A stretch of DNA of 62,217 bases, the filler included. It is 5 parts of 5 records of this genome, joined end to end, with 100 filler letters (N's around TTAATTAATTAA, not from the genome) between each part and the next. Parts side by side here need not be neighbours in the genome. Positions count along the whole stretch, not along the records: positions 29,569 to 38,221 come from DRR723986_24410; positions 38,322 to 47,336 come from DRR723986_24411; 3 more parts are not named here. One strand, written 5' to 3'. Each line of letters opens with the position of its first letter. The stretch's first letter is position 1. The notes under the pieces were generated by a model that saw nothing but the letters and a program-made list of their open reading frames with translations, searched no databases and was not told the origin of the DNA. Below, piece after piece: positions 30,169 through 40,114 of this stretch. Position numbers and translations under genes: made by a program.

Positions 30169-30846
30169 ATGAAAAGCGTGATGACCAAACGACTTAAGAC
30201 AACAGGTCTGGCCGTGAGCGCCGCGGCCTTGCTTGGCTGTGCGCCAAGTTCGGATCCGGTCTATACGCAGTTTTATCGTGAGGCTGGTGCGCTGGCCGAC
30301 ACCGGCTCCTTTGGAGATGCAAACCTCAACAACCGCTTGGTTATGACCGGAGAACGGCAATATACCATCGATTTGGCCAACAGATTTGCCGCTGAGGTCA
30401 ATTCCACGGTCAATTTTGCATTCAATTCATCACAACTGGACGCCCAGGCACAGGCCATCCTGCGCCAGCAGGCCAGCTGGATCCGGCAATTCCCAGAAAT
30501 TCGTTTTCGCGTCTATGGACACACTGATGCCGTCGGATCCAATAGCTATAACCGTAGCCTGGGCCTGCGCCGTGCCAATGCGGCCGTGGCCTATTTGACG
30601 TCGCAAGGCATCAGCCGCAGCAGACTCGAAGCAGTGGCATCTTTCGGCGAGACACAGCCACTGATTGTCACACAGGGCCGCGAACGCAAGAACCGGCGCA
30701 CCGTGACAGAGGTCAGCGGCTTTGTGAAACGGCACCCAACGGTGCTGGACGGCAAATATGCTCAGATCATCTACCGAGATTACATCGCCAGTGCGGTGCC
30801 GCCGACCCAACTGACCGAAACCGCCCTTGGGGACGTTGCCGAATAG
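30169..30846 (+). CDS. OmpA-family lipoprotein of the Tad locus
   Basis: Lipobox LLGC; VYGHTD, LGLRRANA and NRRTVT motifs. Confidence 0.88.
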   Translation: MKSVMTKRLKTTGLAVSAAALLGCAPSSDPVYTQFYREAGALADTGSFGDANLNNRLVMTGERQYTIDLANRFAAEVNSTVNFAFNSSQLDAQAQAILRQQASWIRQFPEIRFRVYGHTDAVGSNSYNRSLGLRRANAAVAYLTSQGISRSRLEAVASFGETQPLIVTQGRERKNRRTVTEVSGFVKRHPTVLDGKYAQIIYRDYIASAVPPTQLTETALGDVAE

Positions 30847-30882
30847 CGAATAAAATCAAACAGTTGGATGCAATTCAGCTCG

Positions 30883-30910
30883 AAAAGCCGGCACCTGTGC
30901 CGGTTTTTTT
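30883..30910 (+). terminator. Rho-independent terminator
   Basis: GCCGGCA-cctg-TGCCGGT followed by a T-tract. Confidence 0.8.
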
Positions 30911-31127
30911 GCGTTTGATCAATCACCACTTTGACGGGGGATCGTTTCAACATACCCAACAATGGAGGTTTTTTAGCCCCAATCTCGCCCAACTTGGCTG
31001 CGATACCACTGTGTGAGAACAATTGTGTCTGCGCAAAATGCCAGACATGGGTCAGTGCAAAGACAGGCAAGCCAAATCGGCGCGCATTAACTCTTTGCCC
31101 AGCCCTTGCGAGTAAAGGAATATGGCT

Positions 31128-32366
31128 ATGAGCAGCAGTATGCCGCAACCCGAAACAGCAGCAATCGTCGCCTGCACCGTCAGCCGCGACGTGCAGAACT
31201 TCGATCTGTTGATCGAGGATATGGAAGATGCGCTTGGTGAAAGCTGGGGGGATCTCGGATTTGCCGAGGCCCTTGCCTTCTTTAGCCAACCGGAGGCCGA
31301 AGCGATGGAATTTATCGCACTGGCTTTGGATGAATCAGACGAGGAAAACCTCGTTCTGATGACTGAGATTATTACGCAGGCCAAGGCGCGGGACATCAAG
31401 GTGATCCTGATCGCCGAGGATGTGACCCCCGCCGCCTTGCATTCGCTATTGCGTCAAGGCGCGGATGAATTTGTCCCCTACCCGCTTCCCGAAGGGGAAT
31501 TGACCCAGGCCATATCCCGGGTGCGCGCCGGTGAGACCGCCGAAGCGGAGCCGGAACCAGCTGCACCGCAGCTCAAAGCAGGCGCAAAAAAGGACGGCGC
31601 CCTGCTGGTCGTGCATGGTTTGGCGGGCGGCACGGGTTCCACCACAATGGCAGTGAACCTCGCTTGGGAACTGGCCAACGTTGACAAGAAAAACCCACCT
31701 TCGGTGTGCCTGCTCGATCTTGATCTCCAGTACGGCTCTGTTGCGACCTTCCTCGATCTGCCGCGCCGTGAGGCCGTCTATGAGATGTTGTCCGACACCG
31801 AAAACATGGACGAAGAGATCTTTGGTCAGTCGTTGGTCACATTCGAGGACCGCTTGCAGGTTTTGACAGCCCCGGCTGAAATGCTGCCGCTGGATCTGAT
31901 TACATCCGAAGACGTGGACCGTATTCTTGATATGGCCCGCAACCAGTTTGACTATGTTGTGGTCGATATGCCTTCAACACTGGTGCAATGGTCGGAAACT
32001 GTTCTGTCCAACGCCCATGTCTATTTCACGATGATCGAACTTGATATGCGGTGTGCACAGAACGCGCTGCGGTTCAAACGGGCCCTTCAGGCCGAAGAAC
32101 TGCCAGTTGAAAAGCTGCGCTATGTTCTGAACCGCGCCCCCAAGTTTACCGATCTGAACGCCAAGAGCCGGGTCAAACGGATGGCAGAATCGCTGGATAT
32201 TTCCATTGATTTGCAAATGCCGGACGGAGGCAAGCCGGTCACACAAGCCAATGACCACGGTTTGCCGCTGGCCAATTCCGCACCCAAAAGCCCGCTGCGC
32301 CGCGAAATCGCGAAACTGGCGAACTCTATTCATGACCTCAAGGGAGATCAGGCCGAAGCCGCCTGA
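31128..32366 (+). CDS. cpaE: Pilus assembly protein CpaE/TadZ
   Basis: Receiver-like N-terminus, degenerate Walker A AGGTGSTT and LLDLDLQYG motif. Confidence 0.88.
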   Translation: MSSSMPQPETAAIVACTVSRDVQNFDLLIEDMEDALGESWGDLGFAEALAFFSQPEAEAMEFIALALDESDEENLVLMTEIITQAKARDIKVILIAEDVTPAALHSLLRQGADEFVPYPLPEGELTQAISRVRAGETAEAEPEPAAPQLKAGAKKDGALLVVHGLAGGTGSTTMAVNLAWELANVDKKNPPSVCLLDLDLQYGSVATFLDLPRREAVYEMLSDTENMDEEIFGQSLVTFEDRLQVLTAPAEMLPLDLITSEDVDRILDMARNQFDYVVVDMPSTLVQWSETVLSNAHVYFTMIELDMRCAQNALRFKRALQAEELPVEKLRYVLNRAPKFTDLNAKSRVKRMAESLDISIDLQMPDGGKPVTQANDHGLPLANSAPKSPLRREIAKLANSIHDLKGDQAEAA

Positions 32367-32388
32367 CCCCTGATCGAAAGGCACTCCG

Positions 32389-33834
32389 ATGTTTTCGAAG
32401 TATAAAAAACCATCCGCGGCCTCCGCACCGGAAAAGGCAAAGGCTCCGGCCACCGTCACACCGATCAAGGACGCCGCAAAGGCGCCAGCTCCAATCGCGA
32501 CAGTGACGCGCAAAGCGGCCCAGCCCGCCGCTGCGGCCCCTGTTGATCGGGACGTTAAGCGCAAGCAACGGATGAGTGACATCAAGCTGGAGCTGCACCG
32601 GTCATTGCTGGACAACCTCAATCTCGCCGCTCTTGAACACGCGACCGAGCAAGAGCTTCGCCAGGAAATCAACGCGATTTCCTCCGAGATTCTCGCTGAG
32701 AAAAGCATCGTTCTGAACCGCGAAGACCGAATGACGCTCAATTCGGAGCTCTTTGATGAGGTCACGGGTCTTGGCCCGCTTGAAACCCTGCTCAAGGACG
32801 AAACGGTCAACGATATTCTGGTGAACGGCCCGCAGCAGATCTTTGTCGAACGCGCCGGTAAACTGGAACTGACAGACATCACATTCAAGGACGAACGCCA
32901 CCTGTTGCGGATCATCGACAAAATCGTATCCGCCGTTGGCCGCCGTGTGGACGAAAGCAACCCGTATGTGGATGCGCGTTTGCAGGATGGCTCGCGTTTC
33001 AACGCCATGGTGCCACCTGTGGCTGTGGACGGCAGCCTTGTCTCCATTCGTAAGTTCAAAAAGGACAAGCTGGGCATTGATGATCTGGTGAACTTTGGTG
33101 CCTTTACCGAAGAGATGGCCGCCTATTTGCAGGCCGCCGTGGCAACGCGTCTGAACGTCATCGTGTCTGGCGGTACAGGCTCTGGTAAAACGACAACCCT
33201 GAACGCGCTGTCCTCCTTTATCGACAACGCCGAACGCATCCTGACGATCGAGGATACCGCGGAACTTCAGCTGCAACAGACCCACGTTGGCCGGATGGAA
33301 AGCCGCCCGCCGAACGTTGAGGGCAAAGGCGAGGTATCCCCGCGCGATTGTTTGAAAAACGCCCTGCGTATGCGCCCGGACCGGATCATCGTGGGTGAGA
33401 CCCGCGGCGAAGAGGTTATCGACATGTTGCAGGCCATGAACACTGGCCACGACGGATCGATGACCACGATCCACGCCAACTCCGCCCGTGATGGCGTGTC
33501 CCGATTGGAGAATATGATCGCGATGGCCGGTATCGAAATGCCGCTCAAAGCGGTGCGGAGCCAAATTTCCTCGGCTGTGAACCTGATCGTGCAGGCCTCG
33601 CGCCTGCAAGATGGCTCGCGCCGCATGACCTCCATCACCGAAATTACCGGGATGGAAGGGGACGTGATCTCGATGCAGGAAATCTTCCGCTATCAGCGGG
33701 TTGGCCTGACACCGGACAACAAGATTATCGGCCATTTCACGGCCACCGGCGTGCGCAGCCACTTTGCTGAACGCTTCCGCATGTGGGGTTATGATCTGCC
33801 GTCTTCCATCTACGAACCTGTCGCAGCTCAGTAA
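32389..33834 (+). CDS. cpaF: Tad secretion ATPase CpaF/TadA
   Basis: [30 protein letters not shown] and AMNTGH motifs. Confidence 0.95.
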   Translation: MFSKYKKPSAASAPEKAKAPATVTPIKDAAKAPAPIATVTRKAAQPAAAAPVDRDVKRKQRMSDIKLELHRSLLDNLNLAALEHATEQELRQEINAISSEILAEKSIVLNREDRMTLNSELFDEVTGLGPLETLLKDETVNDILVNGPQQIFVERAGKLELTDITFKDERHLLRIIDKIVSAVGRRVDESNPYVDARLQDGSRFNAMVPPVAVDGSLVSIRKFKKDKLGIDDLVNFGAFTEEMAAYLQAAVATRLNVIVSGGTGSGKTTTLNALSSFIDNAERILTIEDTAELQLQQTHVGRMESRPPNVEGKGEVSPRDCLKNALRMRPDRIIVGETRGEEVIDMLQAMNTGHDGSMTTIHANSARDGVSRLENMIAMAGIEMPLKAVRSQISSAVNLIVQASRLQDGSRRMTSITEITGMEGDVISMQEIFRYQRVGLTPDNKIIGHFTATGVRSHFAERFRMWGYDLPSSIYEPVAAQ

Positions 33835-33845
33835 GGATTGATGTC

Positions 33846-34808
33846 ATGAGTGCCGAACCAATTATCTATGGCCTGATCTTCATCGGCGTGCTGGTGCTGG
33901 TCGAAGGCATTTATCTGGTGGCTTTTGGTAAATCCATCAGTCTCAACAGCCGCGTGAACCGCCGGCTTGAGATGCTGGAGAAAGGGTCGCGCCGTGAAGA
34001 GGTGCTGGACCAGCTGCGCAAGGAAATGCAGCAGCACATGGATAGCAAGACCATTCCGCTGTATTCATTGTTGTCGGAAAAGGCGCAAAAGGCCGCGATC
34101 GCCTTTACCCCCAAGCAGCTGATCATGCTGATGGGCGGCGTTGCCGTGCTCGCATTTCTCGGCCTGACGGTCGGCACCGAAACAGAACCGCCTGTGCGTG
34201 CGCTGATCTCTGTCGGCATTGGCATCGGTGCGATCTATTTTTGGGTCTCTTCGAAGGCAGGCAAACGCATGGGGATGATCGAGGAACAGCTGCCGGATGC
34301 CATCGAACTTATGGTGCGATCCCTGCGGGTGGGCCATCCGTTCTCCAACGCAATCTCCATCGTGTCCAAGGAAATCCAGGATCCGCTGGCCTCTGAGTTT
34401 GGCGTGATCGCAGACGAAAGCGCTTATGGCCGCGATGTGGGCGAGGCGCTCAAGGATATGGCCGAACGGCTGGACATGCAGGATTTGCGCTTTCTTGCCG
34501 TCGCCGTGACGATCCAGCAGCAGTCAGGTGGTAACCTTGCCGAGATCCTCGCGGGTCTGGCCAAGGTCATCCGCGCCCGTTTTCGCCTCTTCCGCCGGGT
34601 CAAGGCGATTACGGCTGAGGCAAAGTGGTCTGGCAAGTTCCTGTCGGCCTTCCCGATTGTGGCACTGATCGTGATCAATGTAAGCGACCCGCATTATTAT
34701 GACGATGTGAAGGATCACGCGATGTTCATTCCCGCATGTTTCCTTGTTGGCATCTTCCTTGCGCTCAATCTGTTCGTGATGCGCGTGCTGACCGACATCA
34801 AAGTTTAA
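33846..34808 (+). CDS. tadB: TadB (T2SS F family)
   Basis: QLPDAIELMVRSLRVGHP and QQQSGGNLAEIL motifs. Confidence 0.92.
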   Translation: MSAEPIIYGLIFIGVLVLVEGIYLVAFGKSISLNSRVNRRLEMLEKGSRREEVLDQLRKEMQQHMDSKTIPLYSLLSEKAQKAAIAFTPKQLIMLMGGVAVLAFLGLTVGTETEPPVRALISVGIGIGAIYFWVSSKAGKRMGMIEEQLPDAIELMVRSLRVGHPFSNAISIVSKEIQDPLASEFGVIADESAYGRDVGEALKDMAERLDMQDLRFLAVAVTIQQQSGGNLAEILAGLAKVIRARFRLFRRVKAITAEAKWSGKFLSAFPIVALIVINVSDPHYYDDVKDHAMFIPACFLVGIFLALNLFVMRVLTDIKV

Positions 34809-34819
34809 GGATCCTTGAG

Positions 34820-35794
34820 ATGGAATTTCTTCAAGAGTTAGATGCGCAGCTGGGCGGACTGGGCCTTGTGATCGCCGCCGGTGTGATCGGCGTACTAATG
34901 GTCCTGACCATGGCGGTCATGATCATGGGCCAACCCGAAGACCCGCTGAACAAGCTCAAGCGGGCCTCGGCTGGTCCTGCCAAACAGGACAAAGGCAAAC
35001 GCCTGCGGCAGTCCGAGGGCAATGAGCAATTGCAGAAGTTTGCCAAGTTTCTTGAACCTGAAGATGTGGCTGAACTGAGCGCCAAACAATTGATGCTGCG
35101 TCAGGCCGGCTACCAGGCGCGTGATGCGGTGCGGATGTTCTATTTCGCACAGATGGCGTTGGGTCTCATCGGTCTGGTGGGCGGCGTTGTCTACATCAAC
35201 TTTCTGGGTGGCGGCGAAGGGTTGAGCACGCAAAAGACCATGATGTGGACCATCGGCCCCGGCGCAATCGGATATTATCTGCCCAAATACTGGGTTACCC
35301 GCCGCGTCGAGGCACGCAAAGAGGAAATCACCCGTGGTTTTCCAGATGCGCTTGATATGATGCTTGTCTGTGTTGAGGCCGGTCAATCCTTGGATCAATG
35401 TATCGTTCGTGTGGCCAAGGAACTGCGGGCATCCTATCAGGCCTTGTCAGAAGAATTTGAAGTGGTGGCCTATGAAATGAAGGCCGGTAAGGACAAGATC
35501 ACCGTTCTCAATGACATGGCCGAACGCTGCGGCGTGCAGGACGTTTCATCCTTTGTGACGGTTCTGGTGCAATCTGCCGCTTTTGGTACATCCATCGCAG
35601 ACGCTTTGCGGGTTTATGCAGGCGAGATGCGGGATAAACGGGTGATGCGCGCCGAAGAGGCCGCAAACAAGTTGCCAACCAAGATGACCCTTGCCACAAT
35701 GATGCTGACGGTGCCGCCGTTGCTGATCATCCTGGTTGGTCCTTCGGTCCACGGCATCACTGAGTTGGGTAAGATGAGCGGACCTGGGCAATAA
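34820..35794 (+). CDS. tadC: TadC (T2SS F family)
   Basis: FPDALDMMLVCVEAG, FGTSIADALR and AEEAANKLPTKM motifs. Confidence 0.92.
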   Translation: MEFLQELDAQLGGLGLVIAAGVIGVLMVLTMAVMIMGQPEDPLNKLKRASAGPAKQDKGKRLRQSEGNEQLQKFAKFLEPEDVAELSAKQLMLRQAGYQARDAVRMFYFAQMALGLIGLVGGVVYINFLGGGEGLSTQKTMMWTIGPGAIGYYLPKYWVTRRVEARKEEITRGFPDALDMMLVCVEAGQSLDQCIVRVAKELRASYQALSEEFEVVAYEMKAGKDKITVLNDMAERCGVQDVSSFVTVLVQSAAFGTSIADALRVYAGEMRDKRVMRAEEAANKLPTKMTLATMMLTVPPLLIILVGPSVHGITELGKMSGPGQ

Positions 35795-36372
35795 TGACCA
35801 AAGCATACCGGCGCGGAGTTCTCCACGCCCTGCTTCTCACAGCTTCATTCGGACTGGCCGCCTGTTCTACGGGCGGCTTTTCTGCGCAGGGCGACAGCCC
35901 CTTTGCGCCCGGCGTAAATCAACGCGCTGACGCTGTGGATGGGATCGAAGTGGGCCATCGTTTGATCGCCGCAGGTCAATATGAGCTGGCAATCAAATCG
36001 TTCAATCGCGCAGCTTTGGAACAGGGGGTTGATAGTGAAATCCTGTCCGGCCTTGGCACGGCGAACCTAGGCTTGGGCCGGTTGGGACAGGCCGAACAAC
36101 TGCTGCGCCGCGCGGTCAAACGCACCGATGCCCTGCCAGAAGCATGGAACAATCTCGGCGTTGTGTTGATGGAACGGGGCAAAACCGTCGAGGCGGAACA
36201 GATTTTCCGAAAGGCCTATGCGCTCGACAATGGCGAAAGTGACGCAATCCGCGACAATCTGCGCTTAGCACTCGCAAAATCCGAAAATTCTGGTATATCT
36301 GAGCTTGACGACAATAATTATAAGTTGGTGCGTCGGGGCGGAGGGGACTACTTGATCAGTTCTTCGCTGTGA
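35794..36372 (+). CDS. TPR lipoprotein (TadD-like)
   Basis: Lipobox LAAC; AWNNLGVVL TPR pattern. Confidence 0.8.
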   Translation: MTKAYRRGVLHALLLTASFGLAACSTGGFSAQGDSPFAPGVNQRADAVDGIEVGHRLIAAGQYELAIKSFNRAALEQGVDSEILSGLGTANLGLGRLGQAEQLLRRAVKRTDALPEAWNNLGVVLMERGKTVEAEQIFRKAYALDNGESDAIRDNLRLALAKSENSGISELDDNNYKLVRRGGGDYLISSSL

Positions 36373-36414
36373 CGATGCCAAACGTCTGAATTGAGCAGTA
36401 AAAGGACGCACAAA

Positions 36415-37266
36415 ATGCGCCACCCTATCGTTTTGGCCGCCTGCCTTGCAGGCGTCACCGCTGTTGCAGGCTGCGGTGAAAAAGACGCAAACGCCACCGT
36501 TGAACGGGCCTTCAAGGACGTGAACGTTGTCGATGAAAGCAATCTTTCCGATGTGATGCTGACCGTCGCGGACCCGAATGAGGCCGTGAATTACTTTGCC
36601 CGCTCCATCAAAGAAGACCCCACCCGCATTGATCATCAGCGCGGGCTGGCCTCGTCCTTGATCCGGGCCAAGCGCGTCACCGAAGGCGTGATTGCCTGGG
36701 AAAAAGTCACCAAGATGGAAGGCGCCACCTCTGAGGACAGCGTGAACCTCGCCGATGCTTTGATCCGCGCCGGAAACTGGACCAAAGCGGAAAAGGTGTT
36801 GGACGACGTGCCGCCGACCCATGAGACCTTTAAACGGTACCGGCTTGAGGCCTTGGTCGCAGACAGCCAGAAAGAATGGAAAAAGGCCGACAGTTTTTAT
36901 GAGATTGCTGTGGGTCTGACGACAACCCCCGCGTCCGTCATGAACAACTGGGGCTATTCCAAGCTGACCCGCGGCCAATATGCCGAAGCCGAACGTCTGT
37001 TCTCGGACGCGATCCGTCAGGACGACACGCTGTTCACCGCCAAGAACAACCTCGTGATTGCCCGTGCGGCGCAGCGCGATTACACCCTGCCCGTCATTCC
37101 GATGGACCAGACAGAACGTGCGCAATTGCTGCATACGATGGCCCTTTCGGCGATCAAACGCGGCGATGTCGAGATTGGCAAGAACCTGCTGCGTGAGGCG
37201 ATTGATACACATCCACAGCACTTTGAGGCGGCTGTTCGGTCCCTGCGTGCCCTAGAAAACGGCTAA
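36415..37266 (+). CDS. TPR lipoprotein (TadD-like)
   Basis: Lipobox VAGC; MNNWGYS and AKNNL TPR patterns. Confidence 0.8.
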   Translation: MRHPIVLAACLAGVTAVAGCGEKDANATVERAFKDVNVVDESNLSDVMLTVADPNEAVNYFARSIKEDPTRIDHQRGLASSLIRAKRVTEGVIAWEKVTKMEGATSEDSVNLADALIRAGNWTKAEKVLDDVPPTHETFKRYRLEALVADSQKEWKKADSFYEIAVGLTTTPASVMNNWGYSKLTRGQYAEAERLFSDAIRQDDTLFTAKNNLVIARAAQRDYTLPVIPMDQTERAQLLHTMALSAIKRGDVEIGKNLLREAIDTHPQHFEAAVRSLRALENG

Positions 37267-37270
37267 GCGG

Positions 37271-37765
37271 ATGGCCATCGTCGCCGCTCATGCCTTGTGG
37301 TTTCTACCGTTTGTTCTGCCGATCTGCCTTTATGTGGCATTTACGGATATGGCTGAAATGCGCATCACCAACCCTTCCGTGGTGCTTTTGGCGCTTGTCT
37401 TTGTAGTGCTTGGCTTTTTCCTGATGCCTTTTGACGCCTATCTTTGGCGGCTCGCGGCCTTGGTGATCGTTCTTGTGGTTGGCATTGTGTTGAACGCCGC
37501 AGGTGCCTTGGGGGCTGGTGACGCAAAATTTGCAGCCGCCGCAGCACCTTACATCGGTCTTGGTGATCTCGGCATGTTGACGATGATCTTTATGGCCACA
37601 TTGTTGGCCGCCGCCGTGACCCATCGCGGCGCTATGTATACCCCCCTGCGCCGTCTGGCCCCACATTGGGAAAGCTGGACACAGGGCAAGAAATTCCCAA
37701 TGGGCCTCGCGCTTGGCCCGGCATTGGCCATCTATCTCATTCTCGGGGCCATCTTTGGTGCCTGA
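37271..37765 (+). CDS. cpaA: Prepilin peptidase CpaA/TadV (A24)
   Basis: FTD..MRITN, GAGDAKF and FPMGLAL motifs. Confidence 0.88.
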   Translation: MAIVAAHALWFLPFVLPICLYVAFTDMAEMRITNPSVVLLALVFVVLGFFLMPFDAYLWRLAALVIVLVVGIVLNAAGALGAGDAKFAAAAAPYIGLGDLGMLTMIFMATLLAAAVTHRGAMYTPLRRLAPHWESWTQGKKFPMGLALGPALAIYLILGAIFGA

Positions 37766-37833
37766 TAAACGCCATATTCAGGTCTTAGCCTGCAAGGTGA
37801 AAAAACCGATCTGATCACGCAAGGAACCATGTC

Positions 37834-38221
37834 ATGAACATGCAATCCACCAATGTTATGGCCCCTCCTCCGCCCAAGCGGATTGAGGAAATGTTGCTGC
37901 CCACCACGATGATGCGGGATATCCTGCTGAAAACCATGTTTCGCAAGAGCATTGATATGGTCAGTGCACTTGCAAATGCGATTTGCCTGCCGATCCCGGT
38001 GACGCAGGAACTGATCGACATGGGGCGCGACCAACGCCTGATTGAGGCCACGGGCACATTGAACGCCAACAATGGCAATGAAATGGGTTATCAGCTGACC
38101 GATGCGGGCAAGGCACGGGCGCTGGATGCATTGGCGCAGTCCGAATACTTTGGCCCGATGCCGGTGCCACTTGATGTTTACCGTGAACAGGTCAAACGCC
38201 AATCGGTGCGCAATCTGCAAG
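37834..38221 (+). CDS. Probable AAA ATPase, N-terminal part, truncated
   Basis: YQLTDAGKARA..SEYFGPMPVPL pattern; Walker motifs not in the window. Confidence 0.55.
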
Positions 38222-38321
38222 NNNNNNNNNNNNNNNNNNNNNNNNNNNNNNNNNNNNNNNNNNNNTTAATTAATTAANNNNNNNNNNNNNNNNNNNNNNN
38301 NNNNNNNNNNNNNNNNNNNNN
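38222..38321. other. Artificial contig linker
   Basis: N-run with TTAATTAATTAA; GC drops sharply after it. Confidence 0.98.
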
Positions 38322-38351
38322 ACCGACAACCGACAACCGACAACCGACAAC
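38322..38351. repeat. Heptamer tandem repeat (ACCGACA)n at the contig end
   Basis: Four full copies visible. Confidence 0.9.
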
Positions 38352-40054
38352 TATTTCCTGTACACCACTTTACCTCCGACCACAGTCATAGCGACTTTGG
38401 TATTTAATATATCATCCTCCGGAACTTCCATGATGTTCTTATCGAAAACCGTAAAATCAGCAGCTTTTCCTACTTCAATAGAACCTTTGAAGTCTTCTTC
38501 AAACTCAGCAAAGGCACTATCTAAGGTATAGGATTTCAGAGCTTCGGAACGAGTCATTTTTTGGTCACCTTCGTAACCTCCGTTAGGTAACCCTTGCAAT
38601 GTTTTACGAGTGACAGAAGCATAAAAGGAAGGTATAGGATCCACAGGCTCTACTGGCGCATCCGTCCCGTTTGTGACTACAGCTCCTGATTGCATTAGTT
38701 TCTGCCAAACATAAGCACCGTCGATAATTCGTTTTTCTCCCAATCGATCTATTGCCCATGGACGATCTGAGCTTAAGTGAATAGCCTGCATGGCTGCAAT
38801 CACACCCAATTCGCCAAACCTTGGAATATCGTCAGGATGAATATGTTGGGCATGCTCGATGCGGAACCGCAGTTTTTTGGTGTCTGGATAGTTTGCAAAA
38901 GCAGCTTCATAGCGATCAAGAATTTCCTGATTAGCACGGTCGCCGATGGCATGTGAGCAAACTTGGAAACCTGCAGGAATTGCTTTCTCGGAAACTTCAG
39001 ATACCACCGACATCGGTAAGGTCTCATGACCACGGTGATCAGGTCTATCAGAGTAGTCTTCCAATAACCAAGCACCGCGATTTCCCAACGCACCGTCACA
39101 GTTCAATTTGATAGAACGAACTGTAAGCATATGATCTATGCTATCGATCATTGGTCCTCTCTTATACCATTCATCGAGAAGTGCAGGTTGCGTGCCTGTG
39201 AGCATCACATATTGGCGCACGGTAAGCTTTCCTTCGTTTTTGAATTTTTGGATTAAGTCAATTACATTTTGACCAGACCCAGCATCGTGAAAACTGGTGA
39301 TTCCTTTTTCATTCAATTCTTTTAAAGCCAAAGTCAAAGCCTCTTCTGCTCTTTCCGGGGTCTCAGCAGGTATCAGTCTAGCTACTAGACCAGATGCTCT
39401 TTCGGATAATATTCCAGTAGGATTTCCCAACTCATCGAGGATGATTTCTCCGCCTTCTACTTCTCCTGGTCGCTCACCTTTCAGATTGCTAATTCCTGCC
39501 AACTCAAGCGCTTTACCATTTGCGAAAGCCGCATGGCCACTCGCGTGTCTCAAAAACACCGGATTGTCAGGGGAAACTGCATTCAGTTGATCGTTAGTTT
39601 GGAAGCCTTTCACTATTTTTTCAGGTTTCTCGATCCATTTGTCCTGATGCCAGCCACGACCAGTGATCCAGTCTCCTGGTTTGGCTTTGGCAACTGCTTC
39701 TGCTACTTTCTCCACCAGTTCATCATAGGTTTTGACATACATAAGATCCAGTTCCAGCTTATTATAGCCGATTCCCATCAAGTGCGCATGGGATTCGATG
39801 ATGCCAGGAGTCATTGTTTCACCCTGTAAATCGATCACCTCAGTGTTTTCAGCTTTGTGTTTTTCGATTTCTTCAGTTGTACCTACGGCTAAAATCATCC
39901 CGTCTTTCACAGCGACTGCTTCAGCTGTGGGTTGAGCTTCATTGACTGTGTAAATTATGCCATTTGTAAAAATTAGATCGGCTGGTTCAGCCTTTTCCGA
40001 TGAGCAAGAAATGAGGAAAATCCCCAAGATTGCGAGTAAGTATATATTCTTCAT
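38351..40054 (-). CDS. Amidohydrolase-3 (YtcJ-like) lipoprotein
   Basis: Lipobox LISC; PGIIESHAH, HAIGDRA, RIEHAQ and GTDAPVE motifs. Confidence 0.9.
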   Translation of the reverse strand: MKNIYLLAILGIFLISCSSEKAEPADLIFTNGIIYTVNEAQPTAEAVAVKDGMILAVGTTEEIEKHKAENTEVIDLQGETMTPGIIESHAHLMGIGYNKLELDLMYVKTYDELVEKVAEAVAKAKPGDWITGRGWHQDKWIEKPEKIVKGFQTNDQLNAVSPDNPVFLRHASGHAAFANGKALELAGISNLKGERPGEVEGGEIILDELGNPTGILSERASGLVARLIPAETPERAEEALTLALKELNEKGITSFHDAGSGQNVIDLIQKFKNEGKLTVRQYVMLTGTQPALLDEWYKRGPMIDSIDHMLTVRSIKLNCDGALGNRGAWLLEDYSDRPDHRGHETLPMSVVSEVSEKAIPAGFQVCSHAIGDRANQEILDRYEAAFANYPDTKKLRFRIEHAQHIHPDDIPRFGELGVIAAMQAIHLSSDRPWAIDRLGEKRIIDGAYVWQKLMQSGAVVTNGTDAPVEPVDPIPSFYASVTRKTLQGLPNGGYEGDQKMTRSEALKSYTLDSAFAEFEEDFKGSIEVGKAADFTVFDKNIMEVPEDDILNTKVAMTVVGGKVVYRK

Positions 40055-40114
40055 GGATTTATATTATATCCAAATCTACCCTATTTCACCTAATCCGAAA
40101 AGCCTCTCAAGTAA

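Noticed and set aside
29569-38221. Tad locus as a novel secretion system
   Set aside because: Gene order and content match the ordinary Rhodobacteraceae cpa/tad cluster.
38322-38351. Heptamer repeat as a functional array
   Set aside because: Short intergenic tandem repeat at a contig break, with no further structure visible.
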